Source of the DNA: Octopus bimaculoides
Lineage: Eukaryota
NCBI RefSeq assembly: GCF_001194135.2
Contig: NC_068989.1
Coordinates: 40,733,199-40,797,198, forward strand
DNA: 64,000 nt
Reading direction: 5' to 3'
Of this stretch, positions 12,191 through 26,465 are shown piece after piece. The translations under genes were made by a program, and so were the position numbers. The number at the start of each line of letters is the position of its first letter. Within the stretch, counting starts at the first letter, position 1. The notes beneath the pieces were generated by a model. It saw nothing but the letters and a program-made list of their open reading frames with translations. It was not told where the DNA came from and searched no databases.

Positions 12191-15100
12191 CAACATTACT
12201 TTATTAGTGATCCACGCACAGTGAATTTCGAAGTCCTTACAAATATATTCGCTTCATATATTAATTTTGTTTTTATGTAAAAGAATAATTGCAAATGCAA
12301 AAATATAGCGTGTATAACAGTATTCGGACTAAAGAGAAAAATTCAAAACACTTTCGTAGTTGTGACCCTTTCATTACAGTAACTAGGAGACAAACAGATA
12401 GAAAGATAGAGACAGCTTTATAATTGTCAACGATATCTTCGATACACTTTTACTTCAGAAATATAAAAAGTATATGACTTTCGAAGATTCGAATCCTTTC
12501 ATTACTATATCTAGGAGGCTGACAGACAGAAAGTGAGAGAAAAATACAGTATTAACATTACTGGCAATGACTTCGATATATTTTTGCTACCAAAATATAC
12601 AGATAGGTGAGTGAGAAAATTTGGGGGGTGCCGTGGATGTAAACGTAAAGAATTTATTTGCTGAACAAACACCGAATTTCTTCCTAAAATTAAAGAATAT
12701 GAACAATTCAGCAGATGATAAAATCAGGCCTTATCGCGGTTAAAACATTTTTTCTACAAATGTTTATGTTGCATTTACTGTATCGGTTTTACAATTTAAG
12801 TTTCTTAAGACAAAATAGCCAAATACTTAACGCTTGGTGTCATGTAAATGAACCCATGTAGGCTTTTCTTTACTAAAGCTATTTTCTCTCGTGCTGACAG
12901 TTTAGGTATCGTAAGCATTAGTTTTGACATGAGGTTTTGTAAGTCCTCACGGTTGATGAAGCCTAACGGCTTCTAACGGATTCTTTACATCCCCGAGAAA
13001 TAATTATTCTGCAATATTTGCTCCAATCAGATCACATTCGTTATATCCGTTATAATATCATTATCTTCTTCATATCTTATTTTCTAAATTTTGACATACT
13101 AATCTCACTAAATTTTTATCTGGCAAACGTTTTTAAAATTCCCATGTATCATTGGAACACTTTAACTGTTCAAATCTTTCTAATAAAGAATTAATAGAAG
13201 CATGGACTATTACACTGAATGCACACTATCTTAATCTTTCTGGATCATCTCTATGTGAAATCTCATTAGAATACTCATATTCAAACTAATGTTTTACTGT
13301 GTGTTGTATTTTTTTGTTTTCCTTTTAGAAATCGGTATTTCTGCAAATTTTGTTGCTTATTTTTACTGATGCGGTTTTATATATTAGTACGATAAGCAAC
13401 AAAATAATTAGAAACATTATTCATGAGTGAAACCATAGTAGACACAATCACCGATGTGCTCCGTATAATTTTGTTGATATTTCTTTCTCTGCTGAAGACA
13501 TTATACCATGCATCACCAATAGGAGACTGTAATTTTCCTTTTGTGATTTAGAATGACGTCTTCATATATTGAAGGATCAGAAGCGAGCATTTCTTCATAA
13601 CTATAAAGAGCTTTTCGGGTCGTTATAAGTTCATATTTAATGTTTTTGACATATTCTAGATAGCACACCCAGCAAATTACGCTTAAATTTTCTTGCTGTG
13701 AAGTTTTTTTAACATGTTCTTTTTAGTACATGTCATTGCCCAGGAGAGGCAGAAAACAAAATATGTAATCACCGAACAGTACCCAAAAGAATTTGAGTGA
13801 ATTCCCAGCAACTTGTTGAATAATCAGCAGATTCTAAGTTCAGGCTGACATTCAAATGGCAAATGATATACTCGTGGGCTTTCCTTTATGATTCTCATTA
13901 GAAAAATGCTTTTTTTTTTCTATTCCTTCTTATCTGAATCTTTATCACAACCCTGCCATCCGCATTTATGTAATACTAGCTTTCTTTCTATTGGAAAATC
14001 AGCTATACTTTTAAATAATCTTTTTGCCTGTAGTATCTGTACCTCGTTAATATCTAACTAACTATTCTCTCATTAAAATATTTTCAAAACCTAAATGTCG
14101 AACAGTATCTAAAAGCAGTTTCATATGATTTACATCTGGCGTAATATCTAAGATAACGTTGAATTATTTAGTTTATTTATCCCATTTATGTTATTTTAAA
14201 TGGTATTTCCCAATACACTATTTCACTTTTTCCACAGTACTAAGTGTTTCTTTAGGGACAAGCCAAAATAGATGCTCGTTCATTGACAAATCAAAATTTA
14301 CAAGTGGCTCAATATGATTTACACTATACCCAATGTGCAATGTAAATAATCTGCGTGACGTTGTCTTAGATGCAAAACTAGTTTAGCTAAATAGAGTGAT
14401 GATCATTAAACGTTTCATCACTTTCCATCAATGTTCTCGTTCTTTTCCTACACATGACTACACCCCAGTAGAAAAAAAAGAACTTTTATTAGTCTACAAT
14501 CGCATTAATGTCTGAAACCACTTCATATAATATTCTAGATCATGTACAGAATGCCCATGTGGTAGCAAATATTCATGGCCATGTTTCAAATCATTAATTC
14601 CAGCTTTAACTTAACAAGTCTAATTTCAGAAACCAAAATACTTCGTGACAAAAGTAATAAAAGTAATAAATTTTATTGCTGCTTTCTGAAGAAACAAGCC
14701 ACATTCTAAAAATAATTTCACTGCCGTTATATTTCCTATACGCTATTGACAAACCAAAAAAAACTGCGTTTATTTGGAACTTTCAGAAAACTGTTCCGTT
14801 AATTAGAATAGTATTTGAGTATTAAAGAATAAAGCGATAAATGTCTGCCTCTGACACTTCATTTCACAAATTGTGCTAGATTACGGTAGGTGATACATAA
14901 TTAAATAGTATTTTAAAACTTTCTCTCAAAATTGTCTGTTTCTTAAAGTCGCAATATTCCACCAAGTCTCCAGCAACATTGCAGATGCAATGAGAAGGTT
15001 TCTATTTACGGCTGCAATCGCACTTATTTTGTTTGACTTCACAAGTGTTAGATGGGAAATGTAGAGAATTAACAGTAATTAAAAAATTTACGTGTGCATT

Positions 15101-15239
15101 TCGCCACAGGTAGATTGAGAATTAACAATACTAGATAACATTCGATGATTCATTGCTACTGATACTTGTTGGCAACGTCTTTACTTTTCTGTTTTATGGC
15201 CTAATACAATGTTTTTATCGCATTTCCAATCTATGACGT

Positions 15240-15278
15240 TTATATATATATGTATATATGTATGTCTATGTATATGTC

Positions 15279-15309
<31 letters not shown>

Positions 15310-15458
15310 ATATATATATATCCATATATATATATGTGTGTATATATGTGTGTGTGTGTATAAATGTGTATATATACGTGTCTCTCTATAAATATATACA
15401 TATATATACATAGATATATACATGTCTACAAATATATGTGTATATATATATGTGTGTG

Positions 15459-15553
<95 letters not shown>

Positions 15554-15795
15554 GTATATATATATATACATATATATATATATACATATGTATATATATA
15601 TATACATATATATATATATACATATGTATATATATACATATGTATATATATATATATCCATGTATATATATCTCTATGTATATATCTGAATATATATGCA
15701 TGTATGTACCTGTATGTATATGTATGTATCTGTTTGTATATTTATATGTATGTATATATGCATGTGCCTATACATATATGCATATATGTATGTAA

Positions 15796-15827
<32 letters not shown>

Positions 15828-15845
15828 ATATGTATGTGTGTGTGT
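15240..15845. repeat. Compound (TA)n/(TG)n/(CATA) microsatellite leading into an N-gap
   Basis: Read directly; source of the YI/IY-rich pseudo-ORFs. Confidence 0.95.
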
Positions 15846-16179
15846 NNNNNNNNNNNNNNNNNNNNNNNNNNNNNNNNNNNNNNNNNNNNNNNNNNNNNNN
15901 NNNNNNNNNNNNNNNNNNNNNNNNNNNNNNNNNNNNNNNNNNNNNTGTGCATATCAATTTAAATAAGAGCCATAACGCAATCCATAGTAAAACTTCTTTA
16001 ATAACCTATGCACATTTTAATGCAAGGTCCCGACTCACTCTTGTCTGAGATAAGAATATGGGGTCTTGCATCTCTACAGGGTCAAGTTACATTAATTTAC
16101 AGCAAACAACAGACATTGATAGTTGTCCCTAAATTACATGTGTATAAAAGAGTTATAATCAGGTTGTAACGACATGAAT

Positions 16180-16360
16180 ATTATGAAACTGCTGGTGTGT
16201 TTATGTCCCCGTAACTTAGCGGTTCGGCAAAATAGTCCGATAGAATAAGCACTAGGCTTCCAACGAATAAGTCCTGGGGTCGATTTGCTCGACTAATGGC
16301 GGTGTTCTAGCATGGCCACAGTCAAATGACTGAAACAAGTAAGAGTGTAAAAGAGTATAT
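16180..16360 (+). mobile_element. SINE family B, 3' half
   Basis: gtttatgtccccgtaacttagcggttcggcaaaa...gatagaataag...cagtcaaatgactgaaacaagtaagag; same sequence inverted at 38880-39040 and 44510-44640. Confidence 0.7.
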
Positions 16361-16372
16361 ATATATGTAATG

Positions 16373-16410
<38 letters not shown>

Positions 16411-17664
16411 CTTAATTATATGTATTTATTTTCTTTTAGATAACAATTAACTCTGACAAAATGAATTGGTTAATGGTTAACAGAGTAGCAAAGTTCACAA
16501 AATAACTTTGGTGTAACTCCTGTTTATGAGGTAGAAACTCCCTGTTAATTTGAGGTATTTTGAATAGATATAAGATTAAATAAATAGAGTTATACTCATG
16601 CGTTAAATTATTTCATTTATTTCCGACCTATGCTTCTAAGATTACAATTGGTTCATTCCAAAGGAATTAATGATATTCAGAAAGATGTAATCTTCTCATC
16701 AGGGAAATACATAAAAACCAACTCAACCGTAAGACATTATTACCGAATGTGACAACTGCGAGTAGAGAAGAATGCGACATAGCTTATTTGAAAAAACCGT
16801 TGGAAAATGCAACGCTACGAGACAGTATGTTGGACAAGGAAAGAAGAAAAGGAGGAAAACAGGAAATTAGTATCTGGAGTTGAAAATAAATAGAATAATT
16901 TTTTAAACCAGATTAAAATAAGCTATGGACGTTGAAAGAAGGAGGAATAAGTATTCCCCAGGTTACATGAAACATCATTGCTAAAGCCAGAAAATACAGA
17001 GGATGAGGTACCAAATGTGAACTTCGTATCACTGAAAACTAAATATCATTCAGTCAACAGGTAACACCCTAAATATTAAGGATGAAATCTTTTCTCCGGC
17101 ATACACAAGAAATATTTCACATTTAGACACTTCAAAGAGAAACCACCACCCATAGCTTTAATCCTACAAGGATAGATTCTTACCCTGGACGTAAAAATAT
17201 ATAGAATATATAGAACATACAGGAAAAATATGCCTCCATGACGAGCTACCTCTGCATAGAAACAAACGAACATCCCATATACCCAGAATATATTATAATG
17301 CAAACAAATTTACCATCCAATATGACTGATTTCCCAAAAGTCAAATCCAAGGATATAACCACTCAAAAGATGTCATCCAAGAGTAACGTCCCTTGATTGT
17401 TTTCCTTCTCGAGACTGTGCGTTTTTTAATCCCAAATGGAGACGAACACCATTTTTCCATGTGATCGGCTTGAAAAATTGTTAAGATATTAAGATATTTT
17501 TCGTAACATGAAACTAATGGTAGCCTTAATGCACAAATAAAGAAATCCTATCTGCCAATGCGGTATTGAGCACTCATCGTTCGACATATATATNNNNNNN
17601 NNNNNNNNNNNNNNNNNNNNNNNNNNNNNNNNNNNNNNNNNNNNNNNNNNNNNNNNNNNNNNNN

Positions 17665-17702
<38 letters not shown>

Positions 17703-17939
17703 CACACATATATACTTAGGTACATTTACGCGAGTGCATATGTGTGTGACTATAGAAATATGCATGTGTTCAAGTATGTGTATATTTATGTGTACAGAAA
17801 TTTGCTTTTCTCAGGGGAAAATCTAAGGAATATTATGTCATAGCACAGATAATGATCTTGAACGTTCCAGTTGCTTCCTCTTCCTATTTACTGAGAGCAC
17901 ATTATCATTTTTTTCCTATTTACCTGTATAGTTTTTGCA

Positions 17940-18200
17940 TCTCTTTGAAGGAGACTGCGTCAGTTCGAGTGTATAGGAGAATGTTTTTGAGGTGTGCGGT
18001 AATGGAGTCAATATAAGTTATCTTGAAGGTAACCAAGCAAAGATAGTTTGATATCATCTGCCATAGAAGTGCAGGCCTCCAGAATTGATTGCCTGATTAG
18101 AATGTTCCCCAGCAGGCATAAACCACGAGATTATGATCAAATAGAAAGCCATTGATGAAAGGATGGAGTCTATATGTTTGAAGTTTTACGAGTTTATACG
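17940..18200 (-). mobile_element. Possible CR1/L2-type RT remnant
   Basis: Minus frame SMADDIKLSLLGYLQDNL resembles xFADDxKL...LQxDL; heavily decayed. Confidence 0.35.
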
Positions 18201-18771
18201 CAAAATAATATCAATAAGTATCTTCATGAATATGAAATACTTAAGGAATATTTATCGTTGAAAACCTGGAAGCTAGAGTTTTCACTCGGGAAAAACTCTT
18301 TATAGAAGTATATTGTTTTATTGTTTCTTTGTTTTTTTTTTCACACAATATTTCAGAGCTCACGATCACTACCGAGGCGACTTTGCTTCAGCTAGCTTTG
18401 AAGGATATGTTGTTGTTTAACACATTATTTCTCTAGAGAGTTTTGATCTGGTGTAAACCACAACTTCTGGCTTTTCAGTGATACGCATACGCTACGTATG
18501 TCATGTAGAAAGAGTTTTTAATCTGGAGCTACTTCTATTGAATAATTCGAATTCTATTAAGAAGCATAATACTATCCCAAACCCTAGTTTCATACAAAAC
18601 AGCAGGAAACGGGTTTAAGTTTGCCTTTTATTACATTTTTCTGTCAAATTAGATTTCAGTCATGTCAGTTGCCGTTTAAATGTTTTTTCTTATATCTCGA
18701 ATTTGTCTTCGTAATATTTAATACGCATTGTTATGAATGTATCACTATTAAAAGAAGTTTATTAATTACAG

Positions 18772-18895
18772 ATATATGGTTATTGTACACCCAATGATTT
18801 CACGTTATTGGTGTACTGCAGGAAATACAAGAAAAATCTTGCCAGCCGTCTGGGCATTGGCTATTCTGTTGTCGATGCCAAGTATATTTGTTATG
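18772..18895 (+). CDS. Class A neuropeptide-type GPCR, exon A (end of TM3, ICL2, TM4)
   Basis: ttacag| phase-2 start, (R)YMVIVHPMISRYWCTAGNTRKILPAVWALAILLSMPSIFVM |gtaag; 124 bp = 1 + 41 codons; W4.50 and the TM4 Pro are present. Confidence 0.9.
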
Positions 18896-19599
18896 GTAAG
18901 TTTTGCTTTCATACAATTTTTCATGTAATCTCATATAGGTGCACGCATAAATATATCTACACAGATATATATACGCACACACATATACATGCACTATTTA
19001 TTTGTCAGCGAGCGTATATTTGTTTTGAGCGCATATATACACACTTACATACGTAAAAGATAGAACATAGTGCTAGATTTACATTGATAATATATTTACA
19101 CGCACTTCGGTGGCAGTTACACAATGATTACGTAAGACTACCCTTACCCTTTCTACATATAATTCATCAAAGTTTTAAGCACGTTCCTGGAAGATGGTAT
19201 GTAAATATTAATAACCTGTAGGGACATCGTGTTTCGTTATGCAACCATAATATACTACAAAGAATATTAAAAGTCAATACTGTGTTAACAGTGCTATTAC
19301 ATCTCTTGTTAAGAATATCTCTACAGAGTTTTCGATAGAAATGATAGCCAGCACTAATTTTACTACGATGTTTCGTATTCGAGGCAACAGATATAAACAA
19401 CAATGAGATTGAAGCTGAAAAATTGGTAATATGACGGAATCATATAAAACATCTCAATATTTAAGGAGCAAGCCTCCGAGCGCGACTTTGTCTTTCATCC
19501 TGTTGATAAAAGAATATCAGTTGAGTACTGGGCTCGATGTAATCGTCTTATTCCCTGACACGAAATGCTGGCCTTGTGTTCAAATTTGAAACAAATATT

Positions 19600-19985
19600 T
19601 AAGGCGCAGAATGGTTTCGTAGTTAAGATGATCGCTTTGCATCCACGCGGTTTCGGGTTCAGCCCCACTGCGTGGTGCTGTGGACAAGTGTCTTCTACTA
19701 TTGTAGATGCCTTGTGAGTGAATTTGGTAGGCGGAAACTGAAAGAATCCCGTCGTGTGTGTGTGTGTATGTGTGTGAATGTATGTGTGTTTGGCCCGACA
19801 ACTGCATGATAAACGGTTGGTGTTGGCGTGTTTATGTCCTCGTAACATAGCGTATCAGCAAAACAAACTGACAGAAGAGATACCAAACTTAAGTAACAAT
19901 TACTGGGTAAAATTTGTTCGATTAAACACTTTAAAGAGGCCCTTCAGTATGGCTGCGGTTCAATAACTGAAACAAACAACAGAGA
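19600..19985 (+). mobile_element. Full-length SINE family B with internal (TG)n, preceded by a SINE A fragment (~19480-19580)
   Basis: tRNA-like head ggcgcag...ggttcagccccactgcg, CORE-like ggacaagtgtcttctactat, gaaactgaaagaatcccgtcg(tg)n, then the 3' half ending caataactgaaacaaacaac. Confidence 0.7.
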
Positions 19986-21595
19986 GCTGTTACAGTATAT
20001 GAATGTTAAAATGCAAATTGTGAATGTTTTGTATTTCTGGCCGATGACTGATGATTTAAATGTTTGGCGGTCGAGTTAGGCACACAGATGATCTCTTGTC
20101 CTTATTGTTTAGTATAACCACAGCTTAGCTGTTTCATTGGTTTTCCGAATCATCAAGATTAACAGCTGTTATATTGGGATTAATAGGTTTGAAGAATGAG
20201 GAAAGTTTCTGTTATTAATCTTGCTGAAGTTGCTTCCACTTAATGCGTTCCGTTAAGTATTTTATATGTTGATGCTTTTGTAGAACAACAGTTTCTGTTA
20301 ACAAATCAACATACACAATTATCAAAGGCTTTCCGTAAAACACAGTACAAAGTGGTTTATCGTCATTTTCAGCGTCATTATCTCTACTGTCGCTAAAATG
20401 AATATTATTGGCTTCTGTTAACACTTGCTATCCAAGTTCAAATTCTGTTTTCTTGCCAGATTCTGACATCGTCTGTGACATCTGTTTTGCATGCTATTCT
20501 TAAGTATACAATGAAAATACATTACCTCAATTCCTACAAAATCGTACATCCTTACCTCAAATCTTTCAAAATTGTATTGCCTTATATGACACTATTAAAT
20601 TGAATACTGTGATGGGGTGGTCTTGATGCTTCTGAGAGCTCTTTGTTTTTGTTTCTCTTCCCAAGACTGTCCCTATTATCACATATCACTTTGAATTGAG
20701 ATCAGAATTATATTAGTTCTTATTTAAGGATTTAGCCTTCCTTCATTTCTACAGAAATCACTTTTTTATTAGCCTTGTTGTAAGGTTGCATCTTTCGCTG
20801 AGCTTTCATTCGATGTTGTAATTAGAAGCGTTTTTACTCAATATGTTAGATATAATCATATAATAATAATGAGCACATAATGTCTATTTTGCTAATTTGA
20901 ATGTTGATTTCAAACATTTCAAGTTAATCGAAGCCTACCAATATCGCATATCGGTAATCATCTCCTTCTGTGAATAATTTATGTGCAGCTTCATTGTATC
21001 CAGCTTTCTGGTTGATGATTTGTCTTCTTATTGTAACTTTGCTGAGATGGTTCTTAACATGTTCAGTTTCATTAAAATCGTTTACAGGAAAAGATACAGG
21101 AGTTGTTCTGTCAGCAGTAACGTCAGTAGATTTTTGATTTATTTAGTATACGAAAAGTACACTCACCTAGTTCTGTTTCCTACTGTATTAATGATTTGGC
21201 ATTAGTGTCTCTCGAATTATAGTACTTCCATATATGAATCTAAGCGACCGTATACAATTCAGGAATGCTACTTCTGGTAAATCTCTAGGTTTCACTGAGT
21301 AGATAATTGAAATGTCAAAATTCTGTACAATCATATTTCGCGAAGACGGTCTGTTTTCTTTAATTTCTTACATTGAAAGTGGACGTTTTCTGTCTTTGAC
21401 AGACTTTTGAGACGTAGCGTAAGATCTAATTTAGTTTCTTTCTGGCATACAGTATGCTATGGACAAAATAAAATTCATTGTCTAAGCTTGTGTTCTTACT
21501 GATAAAGAATGTAGTGGTACAAGCGTTGTCAGTTATTACTGCCTGTATTACTCTAATAATGTGATGGAATAGAAATGAATTGTTGAAATACATAA

Positions 21596-21629
<34 letters not shown>

Positions 21630-22499
21630 CTTAATTATTTCGAATTTGAGCAATGTTCACCTTCTATTCGGAAAGCTTCACTTTGATCACTTACACTTTA
21701 AGAAACTCAGAAACAATAGAAGTATCAGCTTTCTCTACCTTATAAATTGTACATATCAACGTTCCATTTCAGGAGCATGCATTGATAGTATCTCATATCA
21801 CTTAAACTTAACTTTTCTACAATACTAATAACATAAATGCGGTATATCAAATTATTAACCCGCAATGACACTAAATATTTTATAGTATATTGCTTGATAT
21901 CTTAGAGCGTTCATTTCTAGTGGAAGCATCTTTCGTTCGTCTTTCTGAGCTAAGTTACAAAAATTCCACCTTTTGTTTATCATTTCTTTCATCACTTTTT
22001 ATGATAGTTTTATTTGTACTATCGCTTATCACCAGCCTTAAAAAAGTTTATTGTAATATTCACCCTTTCGGTGACTGGTTAATCTCTAGATGTTCTGTAT
22101 ATTTTAAAAGTTGCCTGATTTCGTTTATGCTCATTGATACAAGACAAAGTCGGGCTAAGATGGTCTAGTGATGTTAGTTATGAGATAGAAGCAGGTGACC
22201 CAACGTATCGGGTATAATTTATCGATACGATTTATTACGATTTCCTCAGGGTGTACGCAACACTTATAAACGATACATTAATTTGATCTCTATTTCAGCA
22301 TTTTATTCTTTATGAATTCTAAACATACCGAGAGTCAATAAAATTCATATACAGGAGCTGGGAAAGTTTCGAAAATCACTCTCAATTTTCATCCTACCGT
22401 CATAAAATAGAAGCCTACACAAGATAATGTAAATACTATCCTACCCTATTGTGGCGATTTTTGTATTCGTTCGATGTCAACACAGGACATCCCGAAACG

Positions 22500-22501
22500 A
22501 G

Positions 22502-22548
<47 letters not shown>

Positions 22549-22720
22549 GAAGGCGGCGAGATGGCAGAATCATTAGCAAGCTGGACGAAATGCTTAGCTG
22601 TATTTCGCCTGTCGACTTTGCCTTTCATCCTTTCTGGGTCGATAAATGATGTACCAATGTAACACTGGGGTCGATGTAAAATCCAGGCCTTGTGTCTATA
22701 GTAGAAAGGATTATTATTAC
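22500..22720 (+). mobile_element. SINE A (internally deleted) flanked by (ATT)n on both sides
   Basis: (att)n gaaggcggcgagatggcagaatc...gtcgactttgcctttcatcc...agtagaaaggattattatt. Confidence 0.8.
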
Positions 22721-24429
22721 CATTATTAAACACAAGCAGCTTCGCTGAGATGTGTAACAATGTGTATGCTGTCCACAACATTTGTATTTCGATAACCCTA
22801 TGGAGGATTCATATAGTTCCAAGCAACGCTATTTTCTGTAGATTAAGTTTGTGAGCTTGGGTATTTATAGTTCCCCTCTCCAATAACAACGGGTACAAAT
22901 CTAACCTTCTTGAATGACTACAATATTTTTATATCTCATTTCAAATCGTCCTGTCCACTGTGCTCCTCTTTTTCTTTTTACAAGGCATTCTTGATGAAAT
23001 CGACCAACCAGTCCCCATAAAATTTCAGGCTCTGTGCCTATAGTATAAAGAATTATTATTTGTAACATTTTCTCACCGTAATCTGAGTTATGTATTTGCT
23101 TAGGTCATATTTAGTAGATAAAAACTTACCTTAAGTTTTACATATGGTGCTGTGATAACAAAACCAACTTGATATTTTGACTTCTTCCTTTATCTAAGAC
23201 TCGGAACGTAGTTAATGAGATGTGTAAATTACTAAACCAAAACATTATTTTTCTTTTAAACGTAAAATGTTTGGATATACAAATGGTATAATTTGATAAG
23301 TTGCAACGTACTATATATCTTTGTATGTTTGTTTTACGGTTATATTTTTCTACAAAAGTCCTTCTGCCAATATACCTTTCGACCAATTATATTTCAGTTA
23401 ATGAGATTGCTACGAATGTGTTTTCTATGACTGCTGCTATTACTATATTTTGGTTCTTTCAATAGCTTAATACTGACGAAGGCCGCATACTCCTCCCGTA
23501 GATTCCATTTCCACATTAGTAGAGGCAGGATCTGCTTCGGTGAGGCAGAAATTGCGTGGATCCAATAAATCAGTTTGTTGAAGCTTGCCTCCACCGTATA
23601 CCAGTCTCCCGCAATTCAACGCTGAGATTTTTTATCATTGAGGTTTTGTTATCTAGGTGTTTGGTCCGGGACTGTTTATTTTTATATTCACAGCTAACCC
23701 TCATATTTGAAGGACTTTCATCTATCCTCAACGTGGGGACATGTTGGATGGAAGTTTTCTCCTTACATCAGGGGCTGCCAAATGGTTTGACTCAGCCTTT
23801 CCCACGACCACTACCAACTTCTTTAGAGGCCCTCCCTACGGATTTTCTGTAGGGATTTACGCCGTTAGCTTTTCACATTCCCATGTGTATAAGCAGATGA
23901 AATTGGAATATAATAATATGAAAATAAGAATATAAAAAGGAATATAAAAACAATATAATAAGGAATATAAAAATAACAATATAAAAAGGAATATATAAAT
24001 ATAAAAGGAAGCTTAGAAATATACAATATATATATATAATTTGAAATAATTAGTTTGATCTTGCCGAGGAAAATGCACATCGGAAGATAATTTTAAAGAA
24101 TTAGTTCGTATAGACTCCTGAAAAAGCCAGGAAAGCTCTACGCTCTTACTTCACTTGCTGGGGAAATCAGTCACAGTTCTTCAAACGCACTCTACTGTCT
24201 TTAACAATCTAGTCGATATACAGAAAGACAGACTGGTCATCACAAATTCTTTGATCCCAAGTTCATTGAATCAGAGTTGTTATGGGATTAAGCTCCAACG
24301 ATTTATTTTTTCTCACTCTCTTTCTTTCTCTCTCCCCCTCTCTCTCTCTCTCTCTATTTTGAACTAGGCCAGATACTTGCTCATAATATTCAGTTCTTTT
24401 GCCACATAGACTGACTTTAATATTGGTTT

Positions 24430-24620
24430 TAAATTTCGGCACAAGACCAGTAATTACGGGGGAAGGTGTAAGTCGAGTACACTGAGGTCAGTGCTCAACT
24501 GGTATTTATTTTATCAACTCAAATGGATGAAAGGCAAAGTTGACTTCGGCATAAAGACGGACGAAATGCTGCTAAACAGTTTTGCCGGCATGCTAACGAT
24601 TCTGCCAACACGTCGCCTCC
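24430..24620 (-). mobile_element. SINE A, antisense copy
   Basis: Reverse complement of the A consensus (ggatgaaaggcaaagttgacttcggc...gctaacgattctgccaac). Confidence 0.75.
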
Positions 24621-24950
24621 GCCTGAATTTAATACTGATATATCAAGTTGTTCTTAATGAAATTAATATAGCTCCTTGTACTTGTATCTTGTCAGATAAA
24701 TCCATGTTTAGACACTTTCCTGCGTTTGATACACCAGTGGTAGGTGTTCTCTTTCATTCAAGTCGAGGACATAAAGTTAACTTTTCATGCTGCTTCTGTT
24801 CAGCGCACAACCCATCACCGTATTTCAAAATTGATCTTGATAATAAACAAGCAAAATCTTTATTTCCAACTTTGTTTCTCCATCTCAAAGTTCCCTTTAT
24901 TTCGATGTTCCTCTTCCATATGCTAATATATTTTCTTTCTCTCCACACAG

Positions 24951-25171
24951 GATATTGAAGTTATATCATACCACAACAACGTCACTAGTGTAACGTTTTC
25001 ACACTGCTACGATAGCGCTATCCCAGAAGACAAGCGGCTTGCGTACGCCATTTATCAGTTGACTGTGATGTTTCTGGCACCTACACTAATCATGATCATC
25101 TGCTATACTTTTGTTATTTATGTTCTCTGGCTCAGCTCGAAGCAACTGAAAAGTATGACATCAGCGAACTG
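24951..25171 (+). CDS. GPCR exon B (ECL2, TM5, start of ICL3)
   Basis: Pyrimidine tract plus cacag|, DIEVISYHNNVTSVTFSHCYDSAIPEDKRLAYAIYQLTVMFLAPTLIMIICYTFVIYVLWLSSKQLKSMTSAN-TG |gtaag; 221 bp, phase 0 to 2; ECL2 Cys, NVT sequon, P5.50 and CY motif. Confidence 0.92.
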
Positions 25172-26401
25172 GTAAGAAAACACATTATAAACACCACGGC
25201 ATGCGTGCCACTCAAGGGAAGCCGCATGTATGATATAAATGCGAGATTAAATGCAGTATAACATTTTATCTTGTGTGACAGGTATTTATATAAAATAGTT
25301 TTGTTGGACATAGAAACCCTGAGACATTTCCTACTGACTAATTAATAATTCTCGAAAGATCCCCGAAGATAAGCTGTTTTCATACGCGCTGTATCGTTCT
25401 TACTGTCATGTTCACAAAAAATACCCCTTTGAACATACGAGGGCGTTTTAACGAGTGAATTTTTTTTTTTTTTCTTTTACTATACCTGCTAAAGATGCGA
25501 AAGCGAGCAGTCTCATTGTTTTATATTTATGACTAAAGATAACAATGTTTCTGCCGATTAGCGAGTAGTGGTTAGAGAATTGTGCGACAACCCACTTATA
25601 CATCTTCCAGGCGTATAGCCAAGTGCAATCACATCTAAAATATAGTCGTGGCTTCATAGTGTTAAAATAGTCTTGTTGCAAGCTTGAAACGAGAGAAAAA
25701 TTGGTTTCGTGGCAAAAAGAGCTAGATCTGTGACACACTTTGTCACACTGTAGTACAGAAGGAGTTTTCACTTGAGGAAGTTTCACATAATTTAATATCG
25801 CAACTTTACTTCACTCCATTCCAACTGGAATTGCCAGTACGGCATAACTTGAGGCAAATAATTTAAGCTAAATTCAACATTCTACGAAGTTACATATTTA
25901 TAGTTTAAAAGGCATTCTTGATTATTTTTCGTTCCAGTTCTCTGTAGTTTAATGGAGTCTGAGATAAACATGGACTTCCTTTAAACTTCATATAGCAGCA
26001 TGAATCGTCATTGTTTTCGCCATTCTCGTTGGTATTGTAATTGCTGCTGTGGTGCTATCTTTGCTTTTCTTTTTATTTTTTGTGCAATACTTATAAATCA
26101 TAGAACATCTGCGAAGTACATTTTTTTTGTTTTGTTGTAGTTTCAAGTCTCAGTGCACGCGAGTTCGGCATTCATTTTACCAAGGGTAATAATACAAGTA
26201 TTTCGAAACTCTCTGATTTTGTGTCGTCACTATAGAAAACTTAGTTTCATTATAGAAAAATAGAAAAATAGTTTCATTAAATCACAGTTTCATAATCATA
26301 AATAGTTTCATTAAATCATACGTTGTGATTTATATGATTCAACCAATCTTATTTCTATACACCATATGTTCTACAAACTTCATTCTTTCGTTTCCTTCAT
26401 A

Positions 26402-26465
<64 letters not shown>

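Noticed and set aside
12540-12612. GAT AG|gtgagt as a candidate DR-ending upstream GPCR exon
   Set aside because: The upstream frame (STINITGNDFDIFLLPKYTDR) is not TM3-like.
15181-16048. Long YI/IY-rich ORFs (up to 208 aa); similar ones at 26.4, 40.5, 49.2 and 52.0-52.5 kb
   Set aside because: Translations of (TA)n/(TG)n/(CA)n microsatellites.
16700-17430. LKEGGISIP similar to LINE EGGLG motif
   Set aside because: One short motif in decayed sequence; family not assignable.
20400-22170. Possible PLE N-terminal remnant (VTADRTT similar to PADKTT); similar hints at 26.1-26.9 kb
   Set aside because: Single weak motif; not enough to annotate.
22200-22250. Minus-strand CTGAGGA...GATAAA, and GAAACGTC near 160-170, as hammerheads
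   Set aside because: Stem II or the core is too degenerate to support a call; may be PLE terminal debris.
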